A DNA stretch of 64,000 nucleotides from positions 70,758-134,757 of the forward strand of contig JAQGGW010000005.1 in assembly GCA_028289135.1 (NCBI GenBank), read 5' to 3'. A model generated the notes under the pieces. The model was given only the letters and a program-made list of their open reading frames with translations, had not been told where the DNA came from and did not search any database. The translations under genes and the position numbers were made by a program. The number at the start of each line of letters is the position of its first letter. Within the stretch, counting starts at the first letter, position 1. This document shows positions 17,480-27,771 of the stretch, piece by piece. The DNA is from Candidatus Saccharimonadota bacterium (GTDB lineage: Bacteria > Patescibacteriota > Saccharimonadia > Saccharimonadales > JACDBH01).

Positions 17480-20347
17480 ATGGCAAAACAGAACAGATCA
17501 AAACTTTCATTATTCCAGCGCTTTGGCCTGTTCTTTTACGACCGTGCCAAAACTACTGCGAGTCTTTGGATGGTCGTCGTTTTATTCGGTTTTTTGAGCT
17601 ATTCAGTTTTTATGCAGCGGCAGGGTTTCCCGAACATTGCAGTGCCGATTAGTGTTACCAGCGGCACTTATTTTGTTAACAGCAAAGAAAAAGTTGACGC
17701 CGATCTTGTAAAGCCGATGTCCGAGCTCATCATGAAACGTTCGGATGTTAAAAGTGTAACTTCCAACTCAGCCGGCAACTTCTTTAGCGTAGTTACCCAG
17801 TACAAAGACGGCACTGATGCCAAAAAGGCGCAAACCGAGGTCGAGGTAGCTGCCAAAGCCGCTGGTTTTGTGCCTAGCAAAGCAAACGTAGACTACAAAG
17901 TTATTAACGTTTCAAAATACGCCAATGAATATGATGTGCTGCTTTCGGTGCGCCGAAGCGCGAACACTTCAACCCAGGATCTAATTGATACTGCGACGCG
18001 CGTGTCTAAAGAGCTGAATGGTGCCAAGGGCGTGGCCAGCTCAACGGTTGTCAGCCCGTTTAAAACCGGCATTAATCCTGCGACAGGGCAGAATGTAACC
18101 CTCCAGCAAAACTTTGACCGCATTGGCAGCCGCGAAAACGGCAAAACTGTCTTTTATCCGGCCGTAGAGATCGGAATCAAATCTGTCAGCGGTACCGATG
18201 TAATCCACCTCGAACGTGCTTTAAACGAAAAACTAGCCGTAATTAATAGCGAACCAAGCTACAACGGCGCGCATATTGCCGTCAGCGCCGGTGTAGCCGA
18301 AAGCATCGAGACGCAGATTTCTAATTTGCAGACAAACCTCATCGAAGGGTTAGTTGTCGTTATAATCATCAGTCTTTTGCTTATCAGTTGGCGTGCCGGC
18401 ATCGCGACGGCGCTCAGCATGGCGAGCGTCTTGCTTATTACCGTCGGCGTACTTTTTGCGGTTGGCATTACGCTCAACACAATCACGCTGTTTGCGCTGG
18501 TGCTATGCCTTGGATTGATTGTCGACGACACTACCATCATGGCGGAGGCGATTGATGCCGGAAAACAGTCGGGGCTCACCAATCGTGAGATTGTGGCCGG
18601 CGCTATGAAAAAGGTAGCCCGCGCCAGCACGGCAGGCACACTAGTTACCATGCTGGCATTCGCGCCGATGTTGTTTATTGGTGGCATTCTTGGCAGCTTT
18701 ATCCGTGTGTTGCCAATCACCATCATCGTTTCTTTGGCAGTTTCATTGCTTGTTTCGCTTACTCTCATTCCGTTCATGAGCCGATTTTTGCTGCTTAATA
18801 AAAGTAGTAAAAAAGTAGCTAAGACTCGCAACCCGGTTTTGCGTCTCGAAAACGGTATCTCGACGCGCCTTGCTAACCTTATCCGCGTCGGAAACCATAG
18901 CCGTAGAAAAGCTGCCAGCATCGGCATTGTCGCGCTGCTAATAAGTTTCTTATTCCTCATGGGCAGCGGCGTATTTTTCCAAAAGCTTAAATTCGACATT
19001 TTCCCGTCAACTAAGGACACCGATAACTTGTCTGTTGTACTTACGTTTCCGGCCAACTCCACGGTAGCTGCAAACGAAAAAATTACCGACGACGCAGACG
19101 AGATTTTGGGCAAAACACTTGGTGACAATATGCGTGACATTGCCTACATAAACTCAGGCGATGCGCACACAGCAATGGGTACAATCCGCCTGGTTAGTTT
19201 TAAAAAGCGCGAGATTAAGGCACCCGAACTTGTTAAAAACCTCACGACTGCCTTTGCTGGCTTTAAAGAGGCTCACGTTAAGTTTGCCTCGCTCGACACC
19301 GGCCCGCCAAAAGATGACCTTCCTTTCCGGGTCCAAATTTATGGCGAAGACACGGCCAAGACCGATAAGTTAGCAAAAGCGATCGCGGGCTATCTGCAGG
19401 ACCAGACTGTTACGCGCACCTCCAACAAGACAACCGCCAAAGTTATACGTGTGCAGGTAGTTGGCGACGCGGATACAGTTACCCGAACAGACGCCAAGCG
19501 GATGGTTGAAGTCCAGGCCGGCTTTGACGCCGACGATGTTTCGGCGCTTGTTACTGCTGCCCAAAAAACCATCCAGGACAAATTTACCGATGCTAAAATT
19601 GCCAGTTATGGCGTTAATCCAAAAGATGTTGCTTTCGACTTTGGCGAAGAATCCAACAACCAAGATTCTTTCAAGAGCATGCTGCTGGCATTCCCAGTGC
19701 TCTTGATCCTAATGTATATTTTGCTGGCGCTGTTGTTTAAATCCATGCTGCAGCCGCTGCTGATCTTTACCGCCATTCCGTTTAGCTTCTTTGGCGTTGC
19801 TGCTGGCCTGCACGCCACCAACAATCCGCTGAGCTTTTTTGTGATGATCGGTTTCTTTGCCCTAATTGGAATTGCTGTAAACAACACCATCTTGTTGACG
19901 GACTTTGCCAACCAGGCACGCCGTGAGGGGCATGGCGGCTTTGAATCGATGGCGCTGGCCGTGAAGGCCCGTTTCCGCCCGCTGATCGCTACTAGCCTCA
20001 CAAGTGTCCTGGCGCTGATTCCGTTGGCGCTTAGTGATCCATTTTGGGAAGGCCTGGCTTTTACGCTGATCTTTGGACTGCTTTCTAGTACTTTTTTGGT
20101 TATCGTCGCGTTTCCATACTTCTATCTTGGCGCCGAGTTTTTACGTGCGCGTTACAGCCGCCGCCTGACGATTGCTTGGCTGATTGCGCTCGGTGTTGCA
20201 ACTTATTTTGCCACCATCTTAAATCACGATAGCAATAACCAGTTTAAATATGTACCATTTGTTTTTCTTGGGGCATTTGTAGTTATGTTCACTGCTTATC
20301 TCAAGGGTAAATTCGCCAAGCGCCTGACCCGCGGTAAAACAGTCTAG
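17480..20347 (+). CDS. RND/MMPL-superfamily transporter
   Basis: About 955 aa with 12 predicted TM helices in two 6-TM blocks, each preceded by a large extracytoplasmic loop. Start moved from 17369 to the ATG at 17480 (MAKQNRSKLSLF). Confidence 0.7.
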   Translation: MAKQNRSKLSLFQRFGLFFYDRAKTTASLWMVVVLFGFLSYSVFMQRQGFPNIAVPISVTSGTYFVNSKEKVDADLVKPMSELIMKRSDVKSVTSNSAGNFFSVVTQYKDGTDAKKAQTEVEVAAKAAGFVPSKANVDYKVINVSKYANEYDVLLSVRRSANTSTQDLIDTATRVSKELNGAKGVASSTVVSPFKTGINPATGQNVTLQQNFDRIGSRENGKTVFYPAVEIGIKSVSGTDVIHLERALNEKLAVINSEPSYNGAHIAVSAGVAESIETQISNLQTNLIEGLVVVIIISLLLISWRAGIATALSMASVLLITVGVLFAVGITLNTITLFALVLCLGLIVDDTTIMAEAIDAGKQSGLTNREIVAGAMKKVARASTAGTLVTMLAFAPMLFIGGILGSFIRVLPITIIVSLAVSLLVSLTLIPFMSRFLLLNKSSKKVAKTRNPVLRLENGISTRLANLIRVGNHSRRKAASIGIVALLISFLFLMGSGVFFQKLKFDIFPSTKDTDNLSVVLTFPANSTVAANEKITDDADEILGKTLGDNMRDIAYINSGDAHTAMGTIRLVSFKKREIKAPELVKNLTTAFAGFKEAHVKFASLDTGPPKDDLPFRVQIYGEDTAKTDKLAKAIAGYLQDQTVTRTSNKTTAKVIRVQVVGDADTVTRTDAKRMVEVQAGFDADDVSALVTAAQKTIQDKFTDAKIASYGVNPKDVAFDFGEESNNQDSFKSMLLAFPVLLILMYILLALLFKSMLQPLLIFTAIPFSFFGVAAGLHATNNPLSFFVMIGFFALIGIAVNNTILLTDFANQARREGHGGFESMALAVKARFRPLIATSLTSVLALIPLALSDPFWEGLAFTLIFGLLSSTFLVIVAFPYFYLGAEFLRARYSRRLTIAWLIALGVATYFATILNHDSNNQFKYVPFVFLGAFVVMFTAYLKGKFAKRLTRGKTV

Positions 20348-20528
20348 CATTAACACTTTTGGCCTAAACATCAATATTTAAACTGACCATAAAAAGTACT
20401 ATACTGAGCTTCCGAATCGAGTGAGGGTAAATATTCGAAAGGGCTGTGTACTATTTACCTCTGTTAATAATGCATAAAAGGCATAAAAACAGATAAGAAC
20501 GAATGGTACAAAACACAACATATAGCGT

Positions 20529-20557
20529 ATTGACGTTAAACGTAAGCGCTATATAAT
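20529..20557 (+). promoter_or_regulatory. sigma70-like promoter (TTGACG-17-TATAAT) upstream of the glutaredoxin-like gene
   Basis: Near-consensus -35/-10 hexamers with a 17-nt spacer, about 40 nt upstream of the ATG at 20598. Confidence 0.4.
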
Positions 20558-20597
20558 GGGTGTATTAGCATTAAAAATTAATAAAAAAGGCACTATT

Positions 20598-20846
20598 ATG
20601 GCAAAAAACATCACTATCTATACTACGAACACCTGCGCATCTTGTGCCATGGTAAAAAAGTGGTTAGGCGCAAAAGGCCATAGCTACGACGAAGTAAACA
20701 TCGACAACGAACCACACCGCCAGGCTGAGGCCTTGGCTGTTAGTGGCGCCCTCACAGTGCCAGTTACAGTAGTAACAAAAGAAGATGATTCACAAGAAGT
20801 GGTAATCGGGTTAAATCTTGCAAGACTTGCGCCTGCACTAGCTTAA
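20598..20846 (+). CDS. glutaredoxin-like protein (NrdH/Grx family)
   Basis: CASC redox motif near the N-terminus (IYTTNTCASCAMVKKWL). An 83-aa thioredoxin fold. Start at MAKNITIY preferred over 20556. Confidence 0.65.
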   Translation: MAKNITIYTTNTCASCAMVKKWLGAKGHSYDEVNIDNEPHRQAEALAVSGALTVPVTVVTKEDDSQEVVIGLNLARLAPALA

Positions 20847-20930
20847 GTAATTACTTATTTTTCGTAAGCATTATTCGTTTTACGCAAGTGTTTAGGTATA
20901 ATAAGACCAGTAATTAGTAGCTAAGTAGAA

Positions 20931-21896
20931 TTGGATATTTTTATGGCTGACGCCAAAATTCATGACCTCGTTATTGTTGGTGCCGGACCGGCGGCTTTAA
21001 GCTGTGCAGTTTATACTACCCGCGAAGATATTGAGACACTTTTGTACGAAAAGGCCGTTCCTGGCGGACTCATCAGCACGACTGACTGGGTCGACAACTA
21101 CCCAGGCTTTCCAGACGGCATCGAAGGCCTAACCCTTGGCGACAATATGCGCAAACAAGCCGAACGCTTTGGCGCGGTTATTGAGCTTGGCGAAGTCTTG
21201 GGTCTCAAAAAACAGGGAGATATTATTACGCTGGACACCACAGACGGCGACGTCCAGGCCAAGAGCGTGCTGATTGCAACTGGCAGCGGCTACAAAAAAA
21301 TCGGTGTCCCTGGCGAAGATGCCTACTACGCCCGCGGCGTGCACTACTGCGCAACCTGTGACGGAGCATTTTATCGCGACAAGCGCCTGGTGGTTGTTGG
21401 CGGCGGCAACTCTGCCGTCCAAGAAGCCATGTTCTTAACCCGTTTTGCCTCCCACATCGACATGCTGGTCCGTTCTGACTTCCGTGCATCTGATGTTTTG
21501 GTTAAAGAACTTGAAAGCAAGTTTGCCGACAAGATTACAGTGCATAAAGGCATTATTACAGACGAAATCCTAGGCGCCGAAATCGACGGCATGAATAAGG
21601 TCAATAAAGTTCTTGGCACCGACAAAGCCACGGGCAAAAAGGTAGAATTCGAAACTGACGGCGTATTCGTTTTTGTTGGCCTGCAACCAAACACTGGATT
21701 CTTAAAAGGCAGCGGTGTTGAGCTTGACGAAATTGGACTTATAAAAAGCAGCGCCGACACACTAACAACCGCCATCCCGGGTGTGTTTGTAGCTGGTGAT
21801 TGCCGTGCCGATGCGACCCTCCAGATTGCTACCGCTGTTGGCGAAGGCGCCACCGCCGCCCTCAAAATCCGCGAATTCCTCGAAGGCCACCTTTAG
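20931..21896 (+). CDS. trxB: thioredoxin-disulfide reductase
   Basis: FAD motif VIVGAGPAA, redox-active CATCDG, and an NADPH motif VVVGGGNSA. An alternative start lies at 20943. Confidence 0.9.
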   Translation: MDIFMADAKIHDLVIVGAGPAALSCAVYTTREDIETLLYEKAVPGGLISTTDWVDNYPGFPDGIEGLTLGDNMRKQAERFGAVIELGEVLGLKKQGDIITLDTTDGDVQAKSVLIATGSGYKKIGVPGEDAYYARGVHYCATCDGAFYRDKRLVVVGGGNSAVQEAMFLTRFASHIDMLVRSDFRASDVLVKELESKFADKITVHKGIITDEILGAEIDGMNKVNKVLGTDKATGKKVEFETDGVFVFVGLQPNTGFLKGSGVELDEIGLIKSSADTLTTAIPGVFVAGDCRADATLQIATAVGEGATAALKIREFLEGHL

Positions 21897-21898
21897 TC

Positions 21899-22276
21899 TT
21901 ATTTTTTAGAAAGCGTCAGTTCTTCGTCGACAAGTGTCAAAAGTAAAGCTGGAGTAATGCTCGACTTAAGCACAGTCTTGGCAGCACCAAGCATTAAAGT
22001 TTCGTCGATCTCATTGCCGCCGCTCAGATTTGTAAGCACCACAACCCGCGTATTTGGCGCAGTTGTTTTGAGGTTGGCCTTTTTTAGAAACTCTACACCG
22101 TTGCAATATGGCATCATAATGTCGAGCAGGATAAGGTCATAGCTTTTTTTCTGGCAGAGCCTTAAGGCTTCATTGCCGTTTTCGGCGTTATCAACCTGGT
22201 GTCCTTTTGACTTCAGCACAATACTAAATGGTGTGCTAATTATTAACTCGTCCTCAACGAGTAAAATCTTAGCCAT
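21899..22276 (-). CDS. single-domain response regulator (CheY-like receiver)
   Basis: MAKILLVEDE...LILLDIMMP...receiver fold. Start set at the internal Met. The stop/start junction abuts the kinase gene. Confidence 0.75.
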   Translation of the reverse strand: MAKILLVEDELIISTPFSIVLKSKGHQVDNAENGNEALRLCQKKSYDLILLDIMMPYCNGVEFLKKANLKTTAPNTRVVVLTNLSGGNEIDETLMLGAAKTVLKSSITPALLLTLVDEELTLSKK

Positions 22277-23459
22277 TAGTTTTCTCCGCCGGCAAAAATA
22301 CCGAAAAGGTCGTGCCTTTTTTTGGCACTGAATCCAGGTCAATATGTCCGCCGTGCAGCTGGATAATTTTTCCGGCCCAATAAAGCCCCAGCCCGCTGCC
22401 GCTAACATTTTTGGTCAGTGGGTTCGAAAGGCGGCTGAACTTTTCAAACAGCTTTTTAATATCGGATTTTTTAATCCCAACACCGTTGTCCTGGATGCTA
22501 ATCTTATAAAACTTGCCGGCACGGGTAAGGCTAATAATGATTTTACCTTTAGACATTGTGTATTTGCTGGCATTGTCGATGAGGTTTTCTAATACCATTC
22601 TAAAACGGATAGGGTCAACACTTCCAACAAGCGTATGGTCGGGTATTTTAAGAACTACCTGCTGTTGGCGGACCTTAAACATTTCCACCTGCTCGTCAAT
22701 TATGTTTTCAATAACATCGCACAATAGGGTTGGGGCTTTATTTAAGCTAACCTTGCCAGCATCAAGCTGCGCGACCTGAAGCAGGTCATTGATAATCTCA
22801 ATTTCTCGTTCGTTACTTTCATACGCCTTCTGCAGGCAGTCCAATTGCGGCTCCGTTAATTCTCCCATATATCCTTCAAGTAGAATACCAAGGTACTGCT
22901 TTACCCCAGTCGCGGGTGTGCGGAGCTGGTGCGACGCAAGCGACACAAATTCGTCCTTGAGCTCATTGAGACGCTGCATTTCTTTGTAGGACGCTTCAAG
23001 TTTTACATTAGCGTCAAATAGCGTATCTTCGTGTAATTTTCTTTCCGTAAGGTCGCGGGTAACTTTGGCAAACCCGCGGTGGATGCCTTGTCTGTCGAAC
23101 AGAGCGGTAATAATAACGTTTGCCCAAAATCTCGAACCATCCTTGCGAATACGCCAGCCTTCGTCCTCCACACGGCCGTTGGCCTTGCTCTCTTCAAGTT
23201 CGCGCGCTGGTTTGCCGGATTTTTTATCTTCTTCGCTATAAAATACTGAAAAATGTTTGCCGATAATCTCGTTTGGCTTGTAGCCTTTAAACTTTTCCGC
23301 GCCTAAGTTCCAACTGACGATATGGCCCTCGGTATCGAGCAAAAAAATCGCATAGTCTTCGATATTTTCGACCAAAAGCTTATAGCGCTCCAGCTGGTCG
23401 GTGGAATTTTCCTGGGAATAATAGTTTTTTGTGTGCGTAGTCTTGGTATTGTTGCTCAA
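22269..23459 (-). CDS. PAS-domain sensor histidine kinase
   Basis: PAS region, H-box SHQLRTP, N/G boxes DNGVGI and GSGLGL. Confidence 0.8.
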   Translation of the reverse strand: MSNNTKTTHTKNYYSQENSTDQLERYKLLVENIEDYAIFLLDTEGHIVSWNLGAEKFKGYKPNEIIGKHFSVFYSEEDKKSGKPARELEESKANGRVEDEGWRIRKDGSRFWANVIITALFDRQGIHRGFAKVTRDLTERKLHEDTLFDANVKLEASYKEMQRLNELKDEFVSLASHQLRTPATGVKQYLGILLEGYMGELTEPQLDCLQKAYESNEREIEIINDLLQVAQLDAGKVSLNKAPTLLCDVIENIIDEQVEMFKVRQQQVVLKIPDHTLVGSVDPIRFRMVLENLIDNASKYTMSKGKIIISLTRAGKFYKISIQDNGVGIKKSDIKKLFEKFSRLSNPLTKNVSGSGLGLYWAGKIIQLHGGHIDLDSVPKKGTTFSVFLPAEKTNG

Positions 23460-23639
23460 ATTAACACCCCTAATGAGTTACTTACTACGGTTCTCCTAAA
23501 CTGCTTATAATAAGTATATTAAGTAAACTGCGTCCAGAGTGCAATAATTTTTACAGAGTCTTTACACTTTTGGGCAATACTATATTTTTGGCGCCTAACA
23601 AAGAAATACCCAATGCTTAAACCGAAGGGTACGAGTAAG

Positions 23640-24314
23640 CTACTTTTTGATTTTGTTTAAAATGTCAGGGCGGTTGGTGGTGATGGCGACACGGGGGTAC
23701 ATACAGGCAAACCAGCGCATTAGGCCCGGTGTGTCGATAGTGTACGTAGCCAGCTCAATACGGTTGAACCGGGCAAACCAGTAGGTGAAGGGGTTCAGGA
23801 TCCAAAAGTTAAGATCCACGCCATATAGACCCAATCGATGTGCGGTGCCAATAGTTTTAAAGGCGTTTTGGCGTTCCAGTGCGTAGCATTTGGCTTCTGG
23901 CATAAGCTCATGCAAGATGCCAAGCTCAGCGTGGTTAAACGCAATCACACAAAAATTAGTAACATTATTCTTAAGTAAATATTCAGCTAGTGGTTTAGCC
24001 CAGCCGCTACCCTTTCCTTCTATTATAGCTGTTGCTTCACCTCGTACTGCTAAGGCTTCGTCGAGAGTTGGGATTGGTTCACCATCAAGAGTTTTGACTA
24101 CTCGTATCTGTTCGTGTGTAAGATTTCTTACAAGCTCAGACACTCCAGCAACACGAAGCAAAGTCGAGTCATGGCTTAATACAAACACCCCGTCTTTTGT
24201 TAGGCGCACGTCAAACTCAACCGCATCCGCCCCAGCCGCAATCCCGGCCTGAACAGCCTTTATGGTGTTTTCTGGCGCAAGCCCAGCTGCGCCGCGGTGA
24301 CCGATGATTTTCAT
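23640..24314 (-). CDS. glycerophosphodiester phosphodiesterase
   Basis: MKIIGHRGAAGLAPENT...EFDVRLTKDGVFVLSHD is the GDPD signature. Confidence 0.8.
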   Translation of the reverse strand: MKIIGHRGAAGLAPENTIKAVQAGIAAGADAVEFDVRLTKDGVFVLSHDSTLLRVAGVSELVRNLTHEQIRVVKTLDGEPIPTLDEALAVRGEATAIIEGKGSGWAKPLAEYLLKNNVTNFCVIAFNHAELGILHELMPEAKCYALERQNAFKTIGTAHRLGLYGVDLNFWILNPFTYWFARFNRIELATYTIDTPGLMRWFACMYPRVAITTNRPDILNKIKK

Positions 24315-24371
24315 TACACCTTAGTGTACAATATTACCTAAGTAACCGAAGATAAAAGGAGACCGAAAAAT

Positions 24372-24896
24372 ATGGCAGATTACGATGAATTATATGATGC
24401 AGGCGTTGAAGGCGAATTTATCAACACCGTTATAGAAATCCCAAAGGGTTCAATGCTTAAGGTCGAATACGACCGCGAAAAGAAAACCTTTATCTTGGAC
24501 CGCGTTGAACCAGGCATTTTTGCCAAGCCTGTGAGCTATGGCTTTATTCCGCGCACCACAGACGAAGACGGCGATGCGCTTGATACGCTGCTAATTTGCG
24601 AAGAAGGTGTGCCAATGGGCGTGGTTGTTAAGGCAACAGTCATTGGGGTTTTGAACTTTGTTGACGGCGGCGAAAAGGACTTTAAGATCATCTGCGTACC
24701 AGAAGACGACCGCCATGCTGGAAACACAATCAAATCTTTGGACGACCTTACTGCTGGACTTAAGCAACAGATCGAACACCACTTTAACCACTACAAAGAT
24801 ATCAAGAAGCCAGGAACTACTGTGGTCGAGGGTTGGGGTGATGCAGCTGCCGCATGGAAAGTGATCGCCGACTGCAAAGCTGTTTACGCTAAGTAA
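24372..24896 (+). CDS. ppa: inorganic pyrophosphatase (family I)
   Basis: DEDGDALD and the EYD/KY active-site residues. Strong RBS aaaaggag. Confidence 0.9.
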   Translation: MADYDELYDAGVEGEFINTVIEIPKGSMLKVEYDREKKTFILDRVEPGIFAKPVSYGFIPRTTDEDGDALDTLLICEEGVPMGVVVKATVIGVLNFVDGGEKDFKIICVPEDDRHAGNTIKSLDDLTAGLKQQIEHHFNHYKDIKKPGTTVVEGWGDAAAAWKVIADCKAVYAK

Positions 24897-24898
24897 TA

Positions 24899-25486
24899 AT
24901 GAAAAAGCTGATCCCAAAAGACGTTAATCTCATACCCGATTCCGCCAAGTTGGTTTTTAAAGGCGAAATCTATGACATTTATCAGTGGGAACAAGAGCTC
25001 TATGGCGGAAGCTTTAAAACTTTCGAAATGGGTAAAAGATGTGATACTGTCAATGTTTTTGCAATTGTTGATGGCGAAATAATACTTCTGGAAGATGAAC
25101 AGCCGCACCGGAAGATGCTTTTGGCTTTGCCCGGTGGGCATGTTGATGATACTGATTCATCTATTCTTGAAGCGGCAAAGCGTGAACTTGTGGAAGAGGC
25201 CGGGTATAGCCTTCAAAACTGGAAACTTATAGATGTTGTTAAGCCAATCGAAAAGCTGGAGTGGTTTATCCATACATTTATTGCATATGGCACATATGAA
25301 AAAACCGACCAGCATATTGACGCAGGTGAGCGGATTAAGGTTATGCATAAGTCATTTGAAGAAATTAAATCCTTAGCCGAAGCAGGTGAAGAACGCCTTA
25401 TTCATCACTTATCGTTTTTGAAAAATAAAACTTTAGAAGAATTTATTGCGACCCCAGAATTTGAAGGAATTGAAGTAGACCGCTAA
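24899..25486 (+). CDS. NUDIX hydrolase
   Basis: Nudix box GGHVDDTDSSILEAAKRELVEEAGY. Tightly coupled downstream of ppa. Confidence 0.7.
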   Translation: MKKLIPKDVNLIPDSAKLVFKGEIYDIYQWEQELYGGSFKTFEMGKRCDTVNVFAIVDGEIILLEDEQPHRKMLLALPGGHVDDTDSSILEAAKRELVEEAGYSLQNWKLIDVVKPIEKLEWFIHTFIAYGTYEKTDQHIDAGERIKVMHKSFEEIKSLAEAGEERLIHHLSFLKNKTLEEFIATPEFEGIEVDR

Positions 25487-26253
25487 TGGATAACTTAGAC
25501 GAATATATCAAAAACGCCGAAGCAGCTATTTTAGCAGTACTTAAAGAATGGCATCCGCGGCTAATGGAACATTTTGGGGAGAATAACTATAGTCTTAAAG
25601 CAGACAAAACAGTAGTAACGGAGTTGGATAAGTCATTAGAAATAGAGCTTAAGGATGCTTTGAAGATTTTAAATCCTAAGGTAGGTTATTTAGGCGAGGA
25701 GCACGGCCAAGAAGGTCCAAAAGATATTTTTTGGCTGGTAGACCCTATTGACGGTACAGAGCTGTACATTCGTGGGCTAGACGGCTGCCGCACACTTTTA
25801 TGCCTTATCGTGAACGATGAGCCAGTTTACGCATTCGCTTATAGATTTGTAAAAGGTGATCTTTTTACGGCTCAAAAAGGCAAAGGAATGTTTCACGATG
25901 GCGTTCAGGTGCATATTAAGCCGCGTGTGCTTAACCGATTGTGGGTTGAAGTATCGATTGATATGAACAATGAAGAAACAATGGCAGCAATTGTAAGAAT
26001 AGCTAAAAACGTAAACGCTGTGCTTTATACAAAAGAATTCCTAAGAATTTTTGAAGGTTTTGCTGATGCGCATATTGCTGCAAGCCTTGGCGGCCCATGG
26101 GATTACACACCGCGGGCACTTTTTATGCAAGAAGCTGGAGCAAGGATTAGTAACATTGGCAGCGAAACTTATGACTATAAGAACCCAACTTTACTGGCTG
26201 CTCACCCTGATGTATTTGATGATCTTAAGAACCTCTTGTCGCCTCAAGCATAA
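25486..26253 (+). CDS. inositol monophosphatase / CysQ-SuhB family phosphatase
   Basis: WLVDPIDGT motif plus upstream EE and downstream DxxD metal ligands. Confidence 0.75.
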   Translation: MDNLDEYIKNAEAAILAVLKEWHPRLMEHFGENNYSLKADKTVVTELDKSLEIELKDALKILNPKVGYLGEEHGQEGPKDIFWLVDPIDGTELYIRGLDGCRTLLCLIVNDEPVYAFAYRFVKGDLFTAQKGKGMFHDGVQVHIKPRVLNRLWVEVSIDMNNEETMAAIVRIAKNVNAVLYTKEFLRIFEGFADAHIAASLGGPWDYTPRALFMQEAGARISNIGSETYDYKNPTLLAAHPDVFDDLKNLLSPQA

Positions 26254-26292
26254 GCATATACAATACCCCTATAGAACTAAGGGGGCAAAAAC

Positions 26293-27321
26293 TTGAAAAC
26301 TAAAGTAGCTATTAACGGGTTTGGACGGATAGGGCGCAACGCATTTAAGATTGCTTTTGAGCGCGATGACCTTGAAATTGTCGCCATCAACGACTTAACA
26401 GATACAAAGACGCTTGCGAACTTGCTCAAGCACGACAGCAACTACGGCGCTTACGAGCATGATGTCACATTTGACGAAAAGCACCTGATTGTTAAGGGTC
26501 AAAAAATCAAAGTATTGGCCGAACGCGATCCTGCGCTGCTTCCTTGGGAAGAAAATGACATTGATGTTGTGATTGAATCGACCGGCTTTTTTGTTGACCC
26601 AGCCAAAGCCCAGGCACACATTTCTGCCGGCGCCAAAAAAGTTGTCTTAAGCGGCCCGGCCAAGGGCGAAGGCGCTACAACAATCGTACTTGGCGTTAAC
26701 GAAGACAAGCTTGAAACTTCAGGCGATATTATTAGCAACGCATCTTGCACCACCAACTGCATCACTCCAGTTGCAGCCGTGATCGAAAGCAACTTTGGCA
26801 TCGAAAAGGCCATGATGACAACCATCCACAGCTACACCGCCAGCCAAGCGTTGCAGGACGCACCAAACCACGATCTGCGTGAAGGCCGCAATGCAGCCGA
26901 AAACATTGTCCCAACTACAACTGGTGCATCAAAAGCCGCTGCGCTTGCTTTGCCAGCACTCGAAGGCATCTTTGGCGGTCTCAGCATCCGCGTACCAACC
27001 CCTGTTGTATCTTTAAGCGATTTCGTCATTATAACCAAGCGCCCAGTTACGGTCGAAGAAGTTAACGAAGTATTCCTAAAAGCTTCCAAGACACCATATT
27101 ACGAAGGCATTTTGGCCGTAACCGACGAAGAACTTGTCTCGCGCGACTTTATCGGCAACAGCCACTCGGCGACGGTCGACATGAAGCTTACTGCCGTCAT
27201 TGGCGGAAATATGCTTAAAGTTGTTGCTTGGTACGACAACGAGTGGGGATACAGCAACCGTTTGGTAGAAGTTGTGGCCGACACCGGCCGGATTTTGCAC
27301 GGCGCAAAAGCCGAGAAATAG
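26293..27321 (+). CDS. gap: glyceraldehyde-3-phosphate dehydrogenase
   Basis: INGFGRIGR and the catalytic NASCTTNC. Apparent TTG start with the RBS aagggggc. Confidence 0.9.
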   Translation: MKTKVAINGFGRIGRNAFKIAFERDDLEIVAINDLTDTKTLANLLKHDSNYGAYEHDVTFDEKHLIVKGQKIKVLAERDPALLPWEENDIDVVIESTGFFVDPAKAQAHISAGAKKVVLSGPAKGEGATTIVLGVNEDKLETSGDIISNASCTTNCITPVAAVIESNFGIEKAMMTTIHSYTASQALQDAPNHDLREGRNAAENIVPTTTGASKAAALALPALEGIFGGLSIRVPTPVVSLSDFVIITKRPVTVEEVNEVFLKASKTPYYEGILAVTDEELVSRDFIGNSHSATVDMKLTAVIGGNMLKVVAWYDNEWGYSNRLVEVVADTGRILHGAKAEK

Positions 27322-27327
27322 CAGACA

Positions 27328-27771
27328 ATGAAAGTATACGTAGGCAGTGACCATAACGGCTTTAAACTCAAGGCTACATTGGTTAGCTATTTGCAAAAGC
27401 AGGGTTTTGAAGTGGTCGACGACAGTACAGGCGAGCTAAACCCGGAAGACGACTATCCGGTGTTTGCACGCAAGGTTACGGCAGATATGCTGGCTTCGGC
27501 TGACCCGGAACCACGCGGGATTTTAATTTGCGGCAGTGGCCAGGGCATGTGTATGGCGGCCAACCGTTTTAAAGGCATCCGCGCCGCGCTTGGTTACGAC
27601 CGTGAGTCTGTCCGGGCAGCGCGCAATGACGACGATGCCAATGTGTTATGCCTTGCGGTTCGGACGCTAGAAGCTGAAGGGGGCTATGGGCTGATTGATA
27701 CGTTTTTACGCACTCCTTTTGCCGCCGCTCCGCGTTTTATTAGGCGGGTTCAGGAAATGGACCAAATCTAA
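27328..27771 (+). CDS. rpiB: ribose-5-phosphate isomerase B
   Basis: MKVYVGSDHNGFKLK...GILICGSGQG is the RpiB/LacAB family. Confidence 0.85.
   Translation: MKVYVGSDHNGFKLKATLVSYLQKQGFEVVDDSTGELNPEDDYPVFARKVTADMLASADPEPRGILICGSGQGMCMAANRFKGIRAALGYDRESVRAARNDDDANVLCLAVRTLEAEGGYGLIDTFLRTPFAAAPRFIRRVQEMDQI

Noticed and set aside
18259-19140. 293-aa ORF on the minus strand
   Set aside because: It lies entirely antisense within the well-supported RND/MMPL transporter gene. Its composition is Ser/Ala/Arg-rich low complexity typical of antisense frames of GC-balanced genes.
20420-20470. Hairpin gagggtaaata...tatttacctc upstream of the glutaredoxin-like gene as a possible riboswitch
   Set aside because: It is a single imperfect stem in an AT-rich promoter region, with no further conserved structure. 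It is more likely an upstream terminator or incidental.
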